DNA of 47,497 bases, counting the filler, from Catajapyx aquilonaris (taxonomy: Eukaryota), in assembly GCA_000934665.2 (NCBI GenBank). It is 2 parts of 2 records of this genome, joined end to end, with 100 filler letters (N's around TTAATTAATTAA, not from the genome) between each part and the next. Parts side by side here need not be neighbours in the genome. Positions count along the whole stretch, not along the records: positions 23,891 to 47,497 come from JYFJ02005650.1; 1 more part is not named here. One strand, given 5' to 3'. The notes under the pieces were generated by a model. It saw only the letters and a program-made list of their open reading frames with translations, made no database searches and had not been told where the DNA came from. Positions 46,781 through 47,497 of the stretch are shown here, piece by piece; position 1 is the first letter of the stretch; every line of letters starts with the position of its first letter. A program made the translations under genes and the position numbers.

Positions 46781-47167
46781 CCGAAGCAGTAGTGGTGGAG
46801 TGGATAATATGATATCCGACTGCTAATCGGGAGGTCCTGGGTTCGAGTCCCGGAGGCCGGCGGTCCTGACCTTGGTTTTCTGGGGTTTTCCAAGGTCGCC
46901 CCAGGAATAATTTCCGGGATCGTACCGTAAAATAGGCCCTGTCCTGGAGGAGGTGCGGGTTAGTCGGGGGTTTCTGACTCGCATCTAGGGGGTCATCTTG
47001 GCGAACGGGCCCCCTGAGGGACCACACGACCCCCAACTTGATGACATTGCACATGCACCAGTGTCCCCCCCTCCTATCTCCACCCTGTCCCTGCACATAG
47101 TGGTATTCCACTCCCCTAAGAGAGCCCGTGGCTCTAGCACGGGGTATATCTTTAAAAAATTTAAAAA
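46781..47167 (+). mobile_element. tRNA-derived SINE (second family)
   Basis: A-box-like tagtggtggagtgg, B box ggttcgagtcc, A-rich tail, 21-bp TSD aaagtaacagtgccgtagtga at 46760-46780 and 47168-47188. Confidence 0.92.
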
Positions 47168-47497
47168 AAAGTAACAGTGCCGTAGTGAGCAGATTGTGCA
47201 GGGTAATAGTTAGCATGCCGCCCACGGAAACCCCGTTCAAAATTGGCGCAATCCCACGCCCAGATACCAGTTTCGCCTAGTACCCTGTGGCGGCGCGGGG
47301 GGCGACCTGGACTGGGGGAGCACCTCACTAGCAGACGACGCAAATTCTGAGACCACATGGTCATAGAATACTCAGGTCTGGTCACTCACACCCACCCCCT
47401 GCACAGTGGAAAAAATCGCGAAATTCATGGTCAGAGTTCCAATTTGGCAACCTTGTAATGTCCAGTTCAAACATACTTAGGCACATCTAAAAATAAC

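Overview
Eukaryotic (invertebrate-like, probably arthropod or other protostome) genomic DNA with GT-AG introns. The left half (1-23.3 kb) holds a head-to-tail (+ strand) array of nine small secreted-protein genes (A-I) that the ORF track mostly misses because they are split into tiny exons. B-I reconstruct as 5-exon genes with intron phases 0,1,0,1; A is 5'-incomplete but has the same last three exons. Shared chassis: signal-peptide exon, short pro-exon, 20-23 nt microexon completing a C-x-D-G-x-C loop, a KR-bearing spacer exon, and a last exon with a furin-type R-x-K/R-R site followed by a low-complexity tail. The tail differs radically between paralogs (Thr/Tyr/Gly heptads, Lys/Glu, Arg/Glu x4, Gly-rich basic x3). 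I do not recognise the family. An intact 4-exon CFAP52/WDR16 gene sits inside the array. An artificial 100-nt linker (N44-TTAATTAATTAA-N44) at 23791-23890 means the right half may not be contiguous. The right half is mostly transposon debris (hAT, mariner, Tc1-like foldback, Gypsy protease, two tRNA-SINEs with TSDs, MITEs, a truncated non-LTR insert, tandem repeats) plus one probable coding exon at 41872-42125. Gene models were built by hand from splice sites, frame continuity and paralog alignment; no database search or expression data were available.
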